Shown one piece after another: positions 21,287 through 32,900 of a stretch of 64,000 nucleotides of DNA; positions within the stretch are counted from its first letter, which is position 1; every line of letters begins with the position of its first letter. Position numbers and translations under genes: made by a program. Origin of the DNA: a virus. Below the pieces are notes generated by a model, which saw only the letters and a program-made list of their open reading frames with translations, ran no database searches and was not told the origin of the DNA. The stretch lies in IMG/VR virus record IMGVR_UViG_3300012593_000001. One strand, given 5' to 3'.

Positions 21287-24200
21287 CCACCCACCTTATG
21301 AAATTGACCCGTGGAAGGCGGACACAACCGAGCCGCCAAGCGGGTTAACTTTCAACCCGGAAATCGTTGAGACCGCGGGTAAGCCGAAGCAGGCCCCTGT
21401 GCCCGCTGAGCCCACAGAAGGCCAGCTCAAGATTGAAGAAGCCATTTCTCGGCAAGACCAATTCCACAACGACATGGCGGCTCTCAAGAAAGAGCAAGAA
21501 GCCATTCTTGAGCAGGTTCAAGAAAGTATCGATGAGACCAATGAGAAGATTAAGCAGCTCAATAACCTAGAAGAGCAGATTAAGAAGCAGGTCGGAGAAT
21601 ATACCGAAGAGACCGACGAAAAGCTTCGTCAGGCAGAGCTTCTTCGCGGTGAGCTCGAAAAAGCTCAAGACAAGATGAATAAGGCTGTCTCTGATGCCTC
21701 TTCCGCTATAGCCGCAGCGGAGAAGGCTCAGAAGGACCTTGAGGCTTATCGTAATGGCGAATCTGAGCGGATTAAAAGCGCTATCGCTAAGGCCCAAGAA
21801 GGTGTGGCTAAGGCCTCCGAGGTCAATAAGCAAATTTCTGACCTAAAAGATAGCCTTGGCGGAGAAATTGATAAGCAAATTTCTGCCAATAAGGCTATTA
21901 AAAATATTCAATCCGATAATAAGGCTCTTAGCTCTCGTCTAGATGATGTCCTTAAGACCTCTAAGCAAGGAGTTGATGACGCGGCTAAGGCGATTGAGGC
22001 TATTAAAAATAATGTAGAGATTGGTGCATCTCTTATTACAGTTATGCCAGGAACCACTAGGCCTTATTGGACCAAAGACCTTTCTGTAGGAGAGGAAGGG
22101 ACCAAAGATGAGTATTTTTACTCTGACTCATTCGAAGTAGGCATTGATGGGCCTTTGGTAAAGATAAATCCGAAGCTAGAATATAGACTCTACTTAGAGA
22201 CATATGGTTATGATGGAGAGTCCAAAATAACTATTACTTTTGTGGATAAGGATGGGAAAGACGTTCCCACAAAAGTAATTAGCTACGAAGAGAAAAACGG
22301 CAAGAAAGAAAGAGTGGTAAAAGCAGGTTTTACCCAGTTCCCTCTTTATAATGAGATTTTGACTCCCACATGGAAAAGTATTGATTATGCAATCGAGTTT
22401 CTTGGTGGGGTTGAATTTGTTAAGTTAGGGCGAATTAGATTTAACGCCTACTCTAAAGAGAAGAAGAAGCAATGCATCAGAAACTTCCGAATCGAACCTC
22501 TTATTCCTACTCAGGCTGATGTAGATAGAGCTCAGAATAAAGCTATTGAGGCTAATTCTCTTGCTCTAGAGCAGCAGAAAGACATCAATAAGCAGAACAA
22601 AGATTTCCAGAGCTTGCAGAAGGAGTTCAATACCTCCCAAACTAAGCTCAATAAGACTTATGATGCAATGTGGGATGCTCAGGGTAAGAGAAATCTTCTC
22701 CAAGAGGGGATTGATACTTCGCAGAATCAAGCGGTAATCGCTACTGCTCGTGCATCTCTTACCCCCGCTCTCAACAATTCTCTTGTTCCTTATGCCGCTC
22801 CTTCGGATGAGGACATCTTAAAAGATAGAGCTATCTGGACAACTCCGCACTACTCCATTAAAGGTAATGCAGGTTATGTAAGGACCGAAGAAAAGCCCGC
22901 AAGCGGCAAACCTAAAGAAGTGTCAGATATTGGTTGGGCTATCGGTACTGACTCTGGTCAGGGCACTATGAATTATCATGGACCGGATACCCCTTGTGTT
23001 CCAGGTGCTACGTATAACGTAGAGTTTTGGGGGTATGGTAGCTCCGCTGGTTCCCTGATGTACATTGAGCTCAGAGAGACAGGAACTGCTCAACACGCGG
23101 TAGCTTCTGGCACAGGAGATGCTTCTGGCAGCTCGTACATTGTTGGCGGGTTGGAGCTTAAGCAAGGATGGAACAAATATACAGGCACAATAACCATCAA
23201 AGAAGGCATTCACTCCGTCTATATTAGTAATTGGTATTGGAATCACCCCCGAGGGAAAACAGTAGCAGGACAGCTCATCACGGGGCTAAAAATTGATTTA
23301 GCTGTTCCTTCTGTCTGGGATGTTCTCAAAAACCAAGAAGCCATCAATGATAAGCAGTCGGGCATTGCCGCTGCTCACACGAAGGCTATTGACTCTAACC
23401 GTAAGGCTATTAGAGCTCTAGCTAAAATCGACCTTGGCGGTTCTTTGCTTGCGTATATGCCGCTGACTGATGACGAGATTAAGAAGGGTATTACCAGAGA
23501 ATACGTACCGGCGTGGGCTGCTAATGCAACCAACGTTTTGGACGGCTCTAAGTTGAGCGGAACAACCTCCAACAGGGGTTACGTCTTTTTGAGCGGTACA
23601 GGTGGAAGTGCAAAGGGAGAAGAGGTCTACGCACAGGTATCCCAGGGTACGCAATACCTTCTTGATATTAACCTGTTTACGCCAACCTATATGGCTTTCA
23701 ATATCGTCTTTAAGACATCTAACAGCAAAATTAAGGATCCTGTCAAAAAGTTTTATTGGACAGAAGATGACGAATACGGAGGGCTGAAGACAACTTCCTA
23801 TCTCACAAATACAAACAAGGTGACTATCTCCACCAACGGAGGTAGAATCCCTATCCTTGTTGAGTTCCAAGATAACGTAGAAGATATCTATATCGAAAAG
23901 CTGGAATGGACAAGAACCAACTCTGTAACAGTCAAGAGCTTTAGCTTGGCTCCTTACACTCCTTCTCAGGCAGCTATTGATGCTAGGCAAGAAGAAACAC
24001 TGGATAGACTTAGAAAGTTCGACACCAAGCAGGTAGAGATTAATGACAAAGTTGACGGAGCTATTAACCTGATTCACAAAACTGCTGCTGGTGTTATGTT
24101 TATGCCTAGAGAGACAGTTAGAGCTTCTAACCCTCACGGCGTAGCGGCTAAGATGCCTTATAGAGACCGTTACCTAGAGCTGTATTCCAATACGTCTTTC

Positions 24201-24428
24201 AAGGGTAACGTAACCATTGTAATCAACTACTCTAATGGCAACACTCAGGTTCTTAATGAGGAGTTCAATCATGATTACACCACGGAAAGTGCAGCAAACT
24301 ACCACAGCAATGTGAAGGCAATTTCCGATAAGTACAATAGAGTCAAGTTCAAAAGAGTCCAACTTCCATTAGGAGACGTAAATAATATCTATCTCTTAAT
24401 GGACCCGACAGAGTGGGAGTACAGATAA
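21270..24428 (+). CDS. Tail fibre / receptor-binding protein with repeated modules
   Basis: N-terminal coiled coil, then beta-rich domains separated by related helical linkers; last gene before the lysin. Confidence 0.7.
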   Translation: MAKTTNHPPYEIDPWKADTTEPPSGLTFNPEIVETAGKPKQAPVPAEPTEGQLKIEEAISRQDQFHNDMAALKKEQEAILEQVQESIDETNEKIKQLNNLEEQIKKQVGEYTEETDEKLRQAELLRGELEKAQDKMNKAVSDASSAIAAAEKAQKDLEAYRNGESERIKSAIAKAQEGVAKASEVNKQISDLKDSLGGEIDKQISANKAIKNIQSDNKALSSRLDDVLKTSKQGVDDAAKAIEAIKNNVEIGASLITVMPGTTRPYWTKDLSVGEEGTKDEYFYSDSFEVGIDGPLVKINPKLEYRLYLETYGYDGESKITITFVDKDGKDVPTKVISYEEKNGKKERVVKAGFTQFPLYNEILTPTWKSIDYAIEFLGGVEFVKLGRIRFNAYSKEKKKQCIRNFRIEPLIPTQADVDRAQNKAIEANSLALEQQKDINKQNKDFQSLQKEFNTSQTKLNKTYDAMWDAQGKRNLLQEGIDTSQNQAVIATARASLTPALNNSLVPYAAPSDEDILKDRAIWTTPHYSIKGNAGYVRTEEKPASGKPKEVSDIGWAIGTDSGQGTMNYHGPDTPCVPGATYNVEFWGYGSSAGSLMYIELRETGTAQHAVASGTGDASGSSYIVGGLELKQGWNKYTGTITIKEGIHSVYISNWYWNHPRGKTVAGQLITGLKIDLAVPSVWDVLKNQEAINDKQSGIAAAHTKAIDSNRKAIRALAKIDLGGSLLAYMPLTDDEIKKGITREYVPAWAANATNVLDGSKLSGTTSNRGYVFLSGTGGSAKGEEVYAQVSQGTQYLLDINLFTPTYMAFNIVFKTSNSKIKDPVKKFYWTEDDEYGGLKTTSYLTNTNKVTISTNGGRIPILVEFQDNVEDIYIEKLEWTRTNSVTVKSFSLAPYTPSQAAIDARQEETLDRLRKFDTKQVEINDKVDGAINLIHKTAAGVMFMPRETVRASNPHGVAAKMPYRDRYLELYSNTSFKGNVTIVINYSNGNTQVLNEEFNHDYTTESAANYHSNVKAISDKYNRVKFKRVQLPLGDVNNIYLLMDPTEWEYR

Positions 24429-25828
24429 TGGATTTGCAAACGTTTAAAGATGTAATGGGGAACCAGTCCGGCGTAGATTACGCGGCCTTGAAAGCTGGTT
24501 ATGAAGGAGCTATGCGAGCTGCGAATATCAACACAGTTCGCAGAGCGGCCATGTTTGCGGCACAACTGCGGCATGAATCTGGCGGTTTGCGTTGGATGGA
24601 AGAGATTGCGGACGGCTCTGCCTACGAGTGGAGAGGTGACCTAGGTAACAACTACGCCGGAGACGGCAGGAGGTTTAAAGGTCGCGGGCCAATTCAGCTT
24701 ACTGGCAGAAACAACTACCGAGCCTTTACTAGATGGATTAACGGTGCTGGCATCTCTCAAATCGACTTTGAGGCTAACCCGCACTTGCTCTCCGAGCCTA
24801 AGTGGGGATTCCTTGCCGCGGCGTACTATTGGGTAGTTGCTAGACCGGACATCAACGCCTTGAGCGATAACGGTGACGTGTACAACGTCACTCGTAGAAT
24901 CAACGGCGGAACGAACGGTCTACAGGCCCGCCAACAGTACTACAACTACGCTTTAGGCTTTGGTAACCGCTTACTCGCGGGGAATTCCAAGGCCGAGCCA
25001 GTTCAGCAAAAGACTCTTGAGTACTCCAGAGACCAAGTTAGGCAGGACACCTACTACAATTGCGGTCCTGCTTCTACACAGACAGTCGTGCGAGCTGCCA
25101 CTAATAAGCTCTATTCCGAAGCGGAACTAGGCCGCAAGCTCGGCACCTCTGTCAACGGCACCAATTGGATTGGCCTTTTCCCTAAGGTGCTTAACGAGCT
25201 GATGCCAGAGGCTAAGTACACTTCTGTGGAAATGCCGAACGACCCTCCTACAGCTTCTCAGAAGGAGAAGCTATGGAATGACATCAAGAATTCTATTGAT
25301 GCTGGCTACGGTGTTATCGCTAATATCGTTGCTCCGCCAAGCAACTACCCGCGGGCTGTAGCTCCTTCTACCATCTCTCCCGCTTACGCTGGCGGAACGG
25401 TGTATCACTACATCGCTTTGATGGGGTATTCTACGGAAGGTCAGAGAAAGATTTGGGTAGCTGATTCCGGTTTTACTCCGTACGGCTACTACATCTCTTT
25501 TGACCAGCTTGCAACACTTATTCCACCTAAGGGCTATGCTTATTCTCAAGCAGAGCCACAAGAACTAGCAGGAGGACTATTTATGTCTCTATCCCACGAG
25601 CGCCAAGTTGACTTGGCGAAGAAGATTGACCGCATCCACCACGAGCTAACTCACGAATTCCAGTCTCGTTACGTTGACCCTAAGACCGGCAAGCGCAGCG
25701 AGTTTAGAGATACTCTGGTAGGCTATATGCTCGAAAATGATGCCAAGGATGAGTACTCTACTCAGATTCAGAACCCGATTATCCTTGCAGCCATCAACAA
25801 GATTCTTAGCAATAAGGAGACCAAGTAA
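24428..25828 (+). CDS. lysA: Endolysin: GH19 chitinase-like + C39-like peptidase + C-terminal domain
   Basis: AQLRHESGGL, FKGRGPIQLTGRNNY and TRRINGGTNGL (GH19); QDTYYNCGPAS..HYIALMGY..VADSG (C39). Confidence 0.93.
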   Translation: MDLQTFKDVMGNQSGVDYAALKAGYEGAMRAANINTVRRAAMFAAQLRHESGGLRWMEEIADGSAYEWRGDLGNNYAGDGRRFKGRGPIQLTGRNNYRAFTRWINGAGISQIDFEANPHLLSEPKWGFLAAAYYWVVARPDINALSDNGDVYNVTRRINGGTNGLQARQQYYNYALGFGNRLLAGNSKAEPVQQKTLEYSRDQVRQDTYYNCGPASTQTVVRAATNKLYSEAELGRKLGTSVNGTNWIGLFPKVLNELMPEAKYTSVEMPNDPPTASQKEKLWNDIKNSIDAGYGVIANIVAPPSNYPRAVAPSTISPAYAGGTVYHYIALMGYSTEGQRKIWVADSGFTPYGYYISFDQLATLIPPKGYAYSQAEPQELAGGLFMSLSHERQVDLAKKIDRIHHELTHEFQSRYVDPKTGKRSEFRDTLVGYMLENDAKDEYSTQIQNPIILAAINKILSNKETK

Positions 25829-26178
25829 TGAATAACCCAGAAATCATTGCAGACTTTATTGAGACCGCCATCAAGAAGCAATCTTGGTACAGACAGCACG
25901 CTAACGTTATCAACGGTGTTATCGCTGCTACCGCTGGTACGCTCATCTACATTCTGACCTACTTCCAGACTACCGGCGACGTTTCTTTTGGCCCGGCTAC
26001 CACCGCGGTCGTTATCCCGGTCATTACCGGCGTAGCTCTCCGCTTCACCAAGAACGGCATCGGCAAGAAGCAGGGGGAGGACCTGAAGGAACACGCGGTA
26101 GCTGAGGACAAGAAAAAGAATGCCTCTGAGACGAGCGAGACGGCAGGTTTCCCGGACTTTCAGGTAGACCGTGGGTAA
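25828..26178 (+). CDS. Holin
   Basis: Two TM segments, charged C-terminus, follows the lysin. Confidence 0.8.
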   Translation: MNNPEIIADFIETAIKKQSWYRQHANVINGVIAATAGTLIYILTYFQTTGDVSFGPATTAVVIPVITGVALRFTKNGIGKKQGEDLKEHAVAEDKKKNASETSETAGFPDFQVDRG

Positions 26179-26197
26179 TTTAGCCTAGATACATTTT

Positions 26198-26231
26198 AAC
26201 CCCGTTAGAATCGCTTCTAGCGGGGTTATTT
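26198..26231. terminator. Terminator between convergent arms
   Basis: AACCCCGTTAGAA / TTCTAGCGGGGTT inverted repeat. Confidence 0.8.
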
Positions 26232-26236
26232 GCTGT

Positions 26237-28822
26237 CTACTTAATCTTCAATCCTGAGACGTACTCCCAAGGCTTGCCATCCTTGGTTGTTCGCTTCTTC
26301 TTGATACCGTTCTTCTTGAGCATACGAGAGAACATATTCTTCGAATCAGCCTTGCTCGAGGGGCCCTCATTCTTGATAACCCACTGCTTCCACGACTGGA
26401 AGAGAGCATCGTAGCCAACGCGGCCCTTAGACTCCTTGAGGCAGTCGGCCTTCCACTGCTCGAAGGGGGAGATTTCTTCGGTAAAGCCCTTGGTTGCCAG
26501 CTTAACCGAGCGGGGCCACGTGTCCTCTTTGAAGCCTTCCTTACGGTAAGCGATGTAGCCTTCTACAATCCAGCGGAAGATAGCGGACCAGCACTCTTTA
26601 TTGCGGATGATGTTTTCTTCTGGCTTCAGCTTGCCTTCTGGCTTGTAAGCATGGTCGAACGGCAAGATGATAAAGCGGCCCTTGGTGCCTTGGTCCGCGC
26701 CGGTCACTTCTGGAGAAGAGTTAGTGGACACGTACGGCGTAAAGCTTGGACGGCCCTGAATAATAACCGAAGAGTGACCGTGGCGGAACTGGCCGGAGTC
26801 GTTACCCGTAAGACGCTTAATAGCGTCAGAGGATACAGGACGAGAATCGCCAATCTCTGCGAAGACCACCATACGCTTATCGAGGTTGAACAGCATTTCC
26901 GAGTTAGGGCCAGCACCAGCATCATTCATCATCTTCTGCTCGTTAGGCGAACCAGCATACTCACCTAGCACGGTAGAGCACGCTTCCAAAAGCAGAGACT
27001 TACCAGTGTTAGAGGCACCCTTAAGGAAGAAAATCTTCTTGGCGGGGTTACCCTCTTCCAAGGTGTAGCCAATGCACTTTTGCACAAACTTACGTAGCTC
27101 GAGGTCTGGTAGGTGGCGGTCTAAGTAATTCTCCCAGAGAGGGTGCGTAGCTTCGCTATCCCATGTAGTAGCCGTGGATTTAGTGAGCAAATCACCTTCT
27201 CTGCCGGGTCGAACCGCTTCTGAAGGTTCGGTAATAAGGGCATCAAGGTCTAAGACATCGCCAGCGGCGACATCTGGAGAAAGGCCAATGATATTGGGCT
27301 TCTTGTCGAAGTCCTGCACGCTTAAGCGGATAAGGTGACCTTCTTCCGCGCCTTCAGGAACGGTGTTCATCTGGCTTAAAATAGCCATCATCCGCGAGTT
27401 GCTTTCAATGCTGTCAGCTCGAGCAAGTACACGACCTGCTTCCTTGCGAATCTCGTCAGGCTCGAGCTCATCTGGCTCTAGTTGGTCTTCTGCCATACGC
27501 TCAGAAACATCTTCTGCCTTATTTAGCATCTTGTAAGCCTCATGGCGAATACGCTGAGAGGTGGCGGGGAGAACGTACTGCTGCATATTGCGGCGGTCTA
27601 GCAGCTCAAAGCGGCGAGAGATATCGTTCCACAATGCGAAGTTAAGGTCTCCACCATCTCGCAGGTTGATAAGGCGAGTGCCCCAAAAATCCGCAAGCAT
27701 TAAGGCATGTCCGTAATCCGTATCGTGGTACTTATTTAAATTTACGCCTTGCTCATTCCTTTCCTGCTGGTTAGCAGAAATAGCGGAAGAAAGGCTAATA
27801 CCAATCGAGCTCCATTCCTTCTTGACGCGGTGAAGAACGACCTTGTTATCGTCTACTTCTTCTTGAAGCTTATGGACTTCGCCTACCAGAGCTCGTGCAA
27901 ACTCTTCATCTGCGCTCTGCTGGCTGCGCTTAGACTTTCCAGTACGATTGTGGATTACTTCTTCGCAGAAGTGCTCGTGAATCTTCTCTAGCGCCTTCTC
28001 GAGGCCGATATGACCTTCAGAACCAAAGCGAACAGCGGAATGAACCGCGTTAATCATGGTGTCGTGAGAGTTAGCCTTAAGCTCTTCGATGAAGTCCTCA
28101 GAATCGCAGACACCATGAAGCTGGTCAGAGACGCTATCGCTGCTGTAGTTAGAGATATTTTCCTCTAGCCACTTAAAGCACTCATCCATCTGCTCAGCAA
28201 GCGTTCCACTATACTCACGAGGCTTACGAATTTTGTCCTTATTAGAGCCAATGGAAAGCTGGCGCACCCAACGCTCAGGCAGAACTGGTAGCTCGTCTAC
28301 CTGCGGAATCGGAATTTCCTCGCCTTCCTGATACCACATGTAGGTGCTGCCATCTACTTCAGAAGGCCACACCATCGTATAGCGGTGGGTTGCCTGAATC
28401 ACGTCAACGCTATGGCACGCCTGAGACTTCCATGAAAGCCCCTTCGGAACCTTAAAAGGCCACTGTCCGGTAAGTACATCCCTGCCGCGGCGGGTAGAGT
28501 GCGGTAGCTTCTCAAGATGAAGAGGGCCTAGCTGGTCTTCCATATTGCGCAGGAAGTCTAGGCCACGCTTATCGCCGTAGTGGTCAACGTCCAAGAAGAT
28601 GACATCAGAAGGCGCGCGTAGGGCGACGTTAGTATTCTTTTTACGGCCCTTCCACAGCTTCTCAATCTTCTCTGCTTCAGCCTGAGGGACGTTGCCGGTA
28701 TGTCCTGTTGGCGGCGGGTACTTCTGGCCGGGAGATACCGGCAGAGGCTCAGCCCAGCCTCGAGCGACGTACTGCTTCCAGATTTCTCCGGTAGAGGCGA
28801 TGTTTAGCGATGTAGTGCTCAC
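26237..28822 (-). CDS. Primase-polymerase (AEP) fused to an SF3/D5 helicase
   Basis: FLDVDHY (DxD); Walker A GASNTGKS; IKRLTGND; STN motif C. Confidence 0.9.
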   Translation of the reverse strand: MSTTSLNIASTGEIWKQYVARGWAEPLPVSPGQKYPPPTGHTGNVPQAEAEKIEKLWKGRKKNTNVALRAPSDVIFLDVDHYGDKRGLDFLRNMEDQLGPLHLEKLPHSTRRGRDVLTGQWPFKVPKGLSWKSQACHSVDVIQATHRYTMVWPSEVDGSTYMWYQEGEEIPIPQVDELPVLPERWVRQLSIGSNKDKIRKPREYSGTLAEQMDECFKWLEENISNYSSDSVSDQLHGVCDSEDFIEELKANSHDTMINAVHSAVRFGSEGHIGLEKALEKIHEHFCEEVIHNRTGKSKRSQQSADEEFARALVGEVHKLQEEVDDNKVVLHRVKKEWSSIGISLSSAISANQQERNEQGVNLNKYHDTDYGHALMLADFWGTRLINLRDGGDLNFALWNDISRRFELLDRRNMQQYVLPATSQRIRHEAYKMLNKAEDVSERMAEDQLEPDELEPDEIRKEAGRVLARADSIESNSRMMAILSQMNTVPEGAEEGHLIRLSVQDFDKKPNIIGLSPDVAAGDVLDLDALITEPSEAVRPGREGDLLTKSTATTWDSEATHPLWENYLDRHLPDLELRKFVQKCIGYTLEEGNPAKKIFFLKGASNTGKSLLLEACSTVLGEYAGSPNEQKMMNDAGAGPNSEMLFNLDKRMVVFAEIGDSRPVSSDAIKRLTGNDSGQFRHGHSSVIIQGRPSFTPYVSTNSSPEVTGADQGTKGRFIILPFDHAYKPEGKLKPEENIIRNKECWSAIFRWIVEGYIAYRKEGFKEDTWPRSVKLATKGFTEEISPFEQWKADCLKESKGRVGYDALFQSWKQWVIKNEGPSSKADSKNMFSRMLKKNGIKKKRTTKDGKPWEYVSGLKIK

Positions 28823-29064
28823 TTGCTCTTCTTTCTCTTTCTTTTCCTTGGTGGTGGAACCGAGATTTCACCGTACCAAACCCCGCGGGGTAAAGCAACT
28901 TGATTCTTGCATTTTCTGCATTTCTGCTGGTGAAGCAGGGGACACTTCTTGCATATTTCTTGAGCTTTTTGCATTCTCCGCCAGCGGGACTCTTGGCTTT
29001 CGTTGGAATGCTTATATTGCTCGAAGAGATACATTCTCCCCGTGCATGGCGGATTAGAAGTCAT
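28819..29064 (-). CDS. whiB: WhiB-family transcription factor
   Basis: C..CxxC..C and GVWYG turn followed by a basic tail. Confidence 0.85.
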   Translation of the reverse strand: MTSNPPCTGRMYLFEQYKHSNESQESRWRRMQKAQEICKKCPLLHQQKCRKCKNQVALPRGVWYGEISVPPPRKRKRKKSK

Positions 29065-29323
29065 CTAGGTTACCTCTTCTGTCAGCAAAGCGCATAAAGG
29101 CAATGGGGTCTACCTCTTCGGTATTCATACCTACGTTGATTCCCATCAACGAGCGCATACGGTCAAAGAGGTTCAGGGCAATCTCTTCCGCGGTGTGTGG
29201 CTCGATATTCTGCCACGAGATGTCTTTATTGCCAAAAAGCCCGCTGGCCTTATCCTCGTCAATGGATTTACCAAAACGCTGAAAAGTCCGGCGAGCTTCT
29301 TCATAGCTTAGCTTTTGCTTCAT
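29054..29323 (-). CDS. Hypothetical protein
   Basis: AGGAG RBS; co-oriented with the operon. Confidence 0.7.
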   Translation of the reverse strand: MKQKLSYEEARRTFQRFGKSIDEDKASGLFGNKDISWQNIEPHTAEEIALNLFDRMRSLMGINVGMNTEEVDPIAFMRFADRRGNLDDF

Positions 29324-29376
29324 TTTTGTCTCCTATAGGTCGAGCGTCTTCTAACACGCTAACCTATAAGAGTGTT

Positions 29377-29973
29377 CTAACGCAAGAGGTCATCGACCAG
29401 TCGCGGATTCTCCTTGATACGTCTGAGAGTTAGCACCGCGTGGCGGTCTGCATCTCGAGAGTGGCGGTCCTTCTGCGTTCGAATCTCATAACCCCAGAGG
29501 TCCATTCGCTTATCGTTACAAATAGCCTTAGCGTCTGCCGGGGTGTAGGAGACAAAACCGATATTTTTGTCACCAAAAATTTCCTGCCTAATCCCCGCGG
29601 TGATACGCACCGGAGCAAGGAAGTCTCTCGAGGTGTTCATCTTGCGAATAATGAAGTCTTCGATAGAGACGATGACATCTCCGAAGTGAGATAGGTACTT
29701 GGCGATATCGGCAACCATTTTTGAGATGGTCTGCTCGATGTCATCGTCATCTCCGAGGATGTCTTCAGAGTTACCAGAATTACCATAAGAGAACTGAGTA
29801 GAGCCCCAGATGTCTACTTCGGCAGGATGCGGAATGCAGTATTCCCTCTCAAGGCCAATCACAGAGACACCTGTGGTAACACCGGGGTCTACTCCCACAA
29901 TGAAGGTGTCGAAGGTTCGAAGCAGCATCTCAGATTCTTCGATATCGTCTAGATTTAAGTTGCGAATAGGCAT
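29377..29973 (-). CDS. RuvC-like Holliday junction resolvase
   Basis: IVGVDPGVTTG, IEDF and HSRDA catalytic motifs. Confidence 0.8.
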   Translation of the reverse strand: MPIRNLNLDDIEESEMLLRTFDTFIVGVDPGVTTGVSVIGLEREYCIPHPAEVDIWGSTQFSYGNSGNSEDILGDDDDIEQTISKMVADIAKYLSHFGDVIVSIEDFIIRKMNTSRDFLAPVRITAGIRQEIFGDKNIGFVSYTPADAKAICNDKRMDLWGYEIRTQKDRHSRDADRHAVLTLRRIKENPRLVDDLLR

Positions 29974-29974
29974 G

Positions 29975-32900
29975 TTAACTCTCCAATTCAATAGCAGTTA
30001 GTGTGGAACCTTGGATGGCGGGGCCAAAGTCAGAGCTGGCGTTACCGATAGTATGGATAACAAAAGTTTTATCCTCATCGATTTCGTCAATTTCGCTCTT
30101 GAGCTTGGGGTAGTCAAACCGTGAGATGTTGACGTGTACTTCTCCGCCAGTCTGGTCCGTACAGATGATTTTGGCCTTAGTGGCTTTCTCAGGGTGCTTT
30201 AGCTTCTCCAAGACCTCTTCGGTAGTGAGATTGTCACGCTTGCGCATCTCGCCAATGACATCGATACGCTTTACGGTAATCACGTGGCCTACATAGGTCA
30301 CCGTCTCACCGGACTGAGAAGGAATCGTTTCCGCGGTGGCATCTGGCATATCGAGGCCGGTCTCTCCGTTGTTGATAGCCTCGAGCACGGTAGCTACAGC
30401 ATCGCTCGTAAGGCCAATGTCGAACGGGTCAGATTTAGCCTCGAGCTCTCGAGCTGTCTCAGCAGCCTTAGCGCCAAAACCGATTTTCTTATCTACGTAG
30501 AAATCCCACGTAACCCACGGGTCTACCTTGTCAAAGTTCTCTTCTCGGATTGTGTTCATCCGCTCGGCAACCTTGGGGCCCACCTTCGGGATTTGCATAA
30601 AGCCCGCCTGTACGCCGGTCCTCGTGGTATTAGGCCACCACGACACGCGAGATAGAGTAGGCCGCGGCGGGTAGATGGAAAGACCTTCCTTTACCGCCTC
30701 TTGCAGGATAATCAGCTGAGGGTCAGCTTTACCCTTGGTCTTGCCCTTCTTAGCTGCGTTACGCAAGCAAGCGGCGTAGAACTCCGCGGGGTAGTAGACC
30801 TTAAGGTACATCGTCCAATAGGCCACGAGAGCGTAGCAGATGGCGTGAGCCACGTTGAACAGGTAGGAGGCGGAAGCGGCCATATAATCCCAGATTTCAC
30901 GGGCCATCGCCTCATCCATGCCGTGCTTTTCCGCTGCGCCGTCGCGGAACTTCTTCCAGAATTCGTCAAAGGCACCGCCAGCTTGCTTAGCACCAATAAT
31001 CTTGCGCAGCCTACCGATTTCGTGGTCATCAAGGCCACCTACAGCCTGTCCAATCTTCATAACCTGCTCTTGGTAGACTAAGCAGCCGTTAGAGTCAGCT
31101 AGAATCTCATCAACGAGCGGATGAATCGACTTAGGCTCTTCGCCTCGTTCAACTCGCACATACTGCGCGGTCATACCAGACGATAGAGAGCCGGGACGAG
31201 ACAGAGCGTTCATATCGGCAAGCTGCATAAAGGTGGGAATCTTGTCGGTATTCGAGAAGATTTGCTTCACGATGGTACGGGTAGCTCGGCCTTCAAACTG
31301 GAAGATGCCGGTTAGCTTGTCCTCTGCAAAGCCCTTAAGCACCTTCTCGTCGTTTCGAGGTAGCGCATAGAGCTCTTCTAGGGTGAGCTTACCGTCTAGC
31401 ATCTCAAGGACATCTGAAACGATGGTCATGGTGGAAAGTCCAAGGCAATCTAATTTCAGCATCTTTAGGTAAGCCGCATCGCGCTTATCGTAGGCGATAA
31501 CCTCCGCTCTGTCTCCGTTGGTCTTCTCCTTAGAGTAGATAGCACAGGTGTCAGAGATAGGCCGGTTCGATAGCACCATACCCGCGGCATGGATGCCTAG
31601 GGTGCGCATATCTCCCTCGAGCTTATAAGCGCGGCGCAAAGAAGGGTACTTATCTGCAATCTCCTTGGCCTCGGGGAAGGCCTCTTCTGCATCGTATGCC
31701 GTCAAGAACTCTCGGGGGTCACCAAAAGGTGCCTCAGAGATGTACTCAGAGAAGTCATTAGCAGCGCTCGCAGGAATTTTGAGCGCCTTAGCCGCTGCCT
31801 TAACAGCGGACTTACCACGATAGCGAGAGAAGTTGCCGATATTTCCCACGTTAGCTTCGCCGTAGACGCTTCGAGCAAAGTCGAAGACCTCGTTACGGCG
31901 GTCATCCTGATAGTCCGTATCGATATCAGGGTCATCTTCTCTGCCGGGGTCTAGGAAGCGCTCAAACACCATTTCTGGAAATTCGATAGGGTCTACCTCT
32001 GTCAGGCGAAGCAGGTAGCAGATAACCGAGCCCGCAGCGCTACCTCGGCCAGGGCCCACGACAATGCCGTTATCTTTAGCCCAACCGATAATTTGCTTGT
32101 TAATCAGGAAGTAGTCAGAGAATCCCTTAGGCAGAATGGTCTTTAATTCCTTCTTAATTCGCTGAGCGTAGTCTTTCCTGCGGGTCTTAAAGCGCTTCTT
32201 GAACCGCGGGTCGGTTTCGCATCGGTATCGGATTCCGTCCTTGATTGCTTGCTTAAGAAGCTTTTGCGCTTGCTCATCAGTGCCGTTCGATTCACTAAAT
32301 CGCACCGGGTCGGTCTTTGGTAGTTCCACATTACAGCGTTTAGCCACCTCCTTAGTGTTAAGCACAGACTGTACCGCATTGCGCTTAGACACTCCGGCCT
32401 TAATAAGGTCCTTCGCCATCTCCTTATCGGAAGTGGGGTAGGTCTGCCCCGGCTTGCTGTCGTACTTGCGAGCACCGTTCTCCAGAGCCTCTACGGTGGT
32501 ATTCCAACCAATAGCGTTAGCTAGCTGGTTAGCATCCCAGTCTTCGAACCGCGGGTAGTGGACATCAGCGGTAGCCACCATAGGAATCTGGGTCTTCTCC
32601 CAAATCCGCTCGAGAACTTGGTTTACTGCCACGGTCTTGTGGTAGTCGTGAAATCGCTGAACCTCGAGGTAGAAACGGTCGCCAAAGGTCTCTTGGTACA
32701 TATCGACAAGCTCCATCGCCTGAGCGAAGTTAGACCAGTGAGCCCCCTTCTCAATCTCTTCCTTAGTGAGCTCTTCTCCAAGACCCTTTCCGCCAGCAAT
32801 GGTGCAAGCCAGCATAGAAGAGGCGCAGCCAGACAAGATAATTAGGCCTTCAGTCTTCTTCTTGTCAAAGAGGGAATCAAGGTTAACCGTCGGCTTCATA

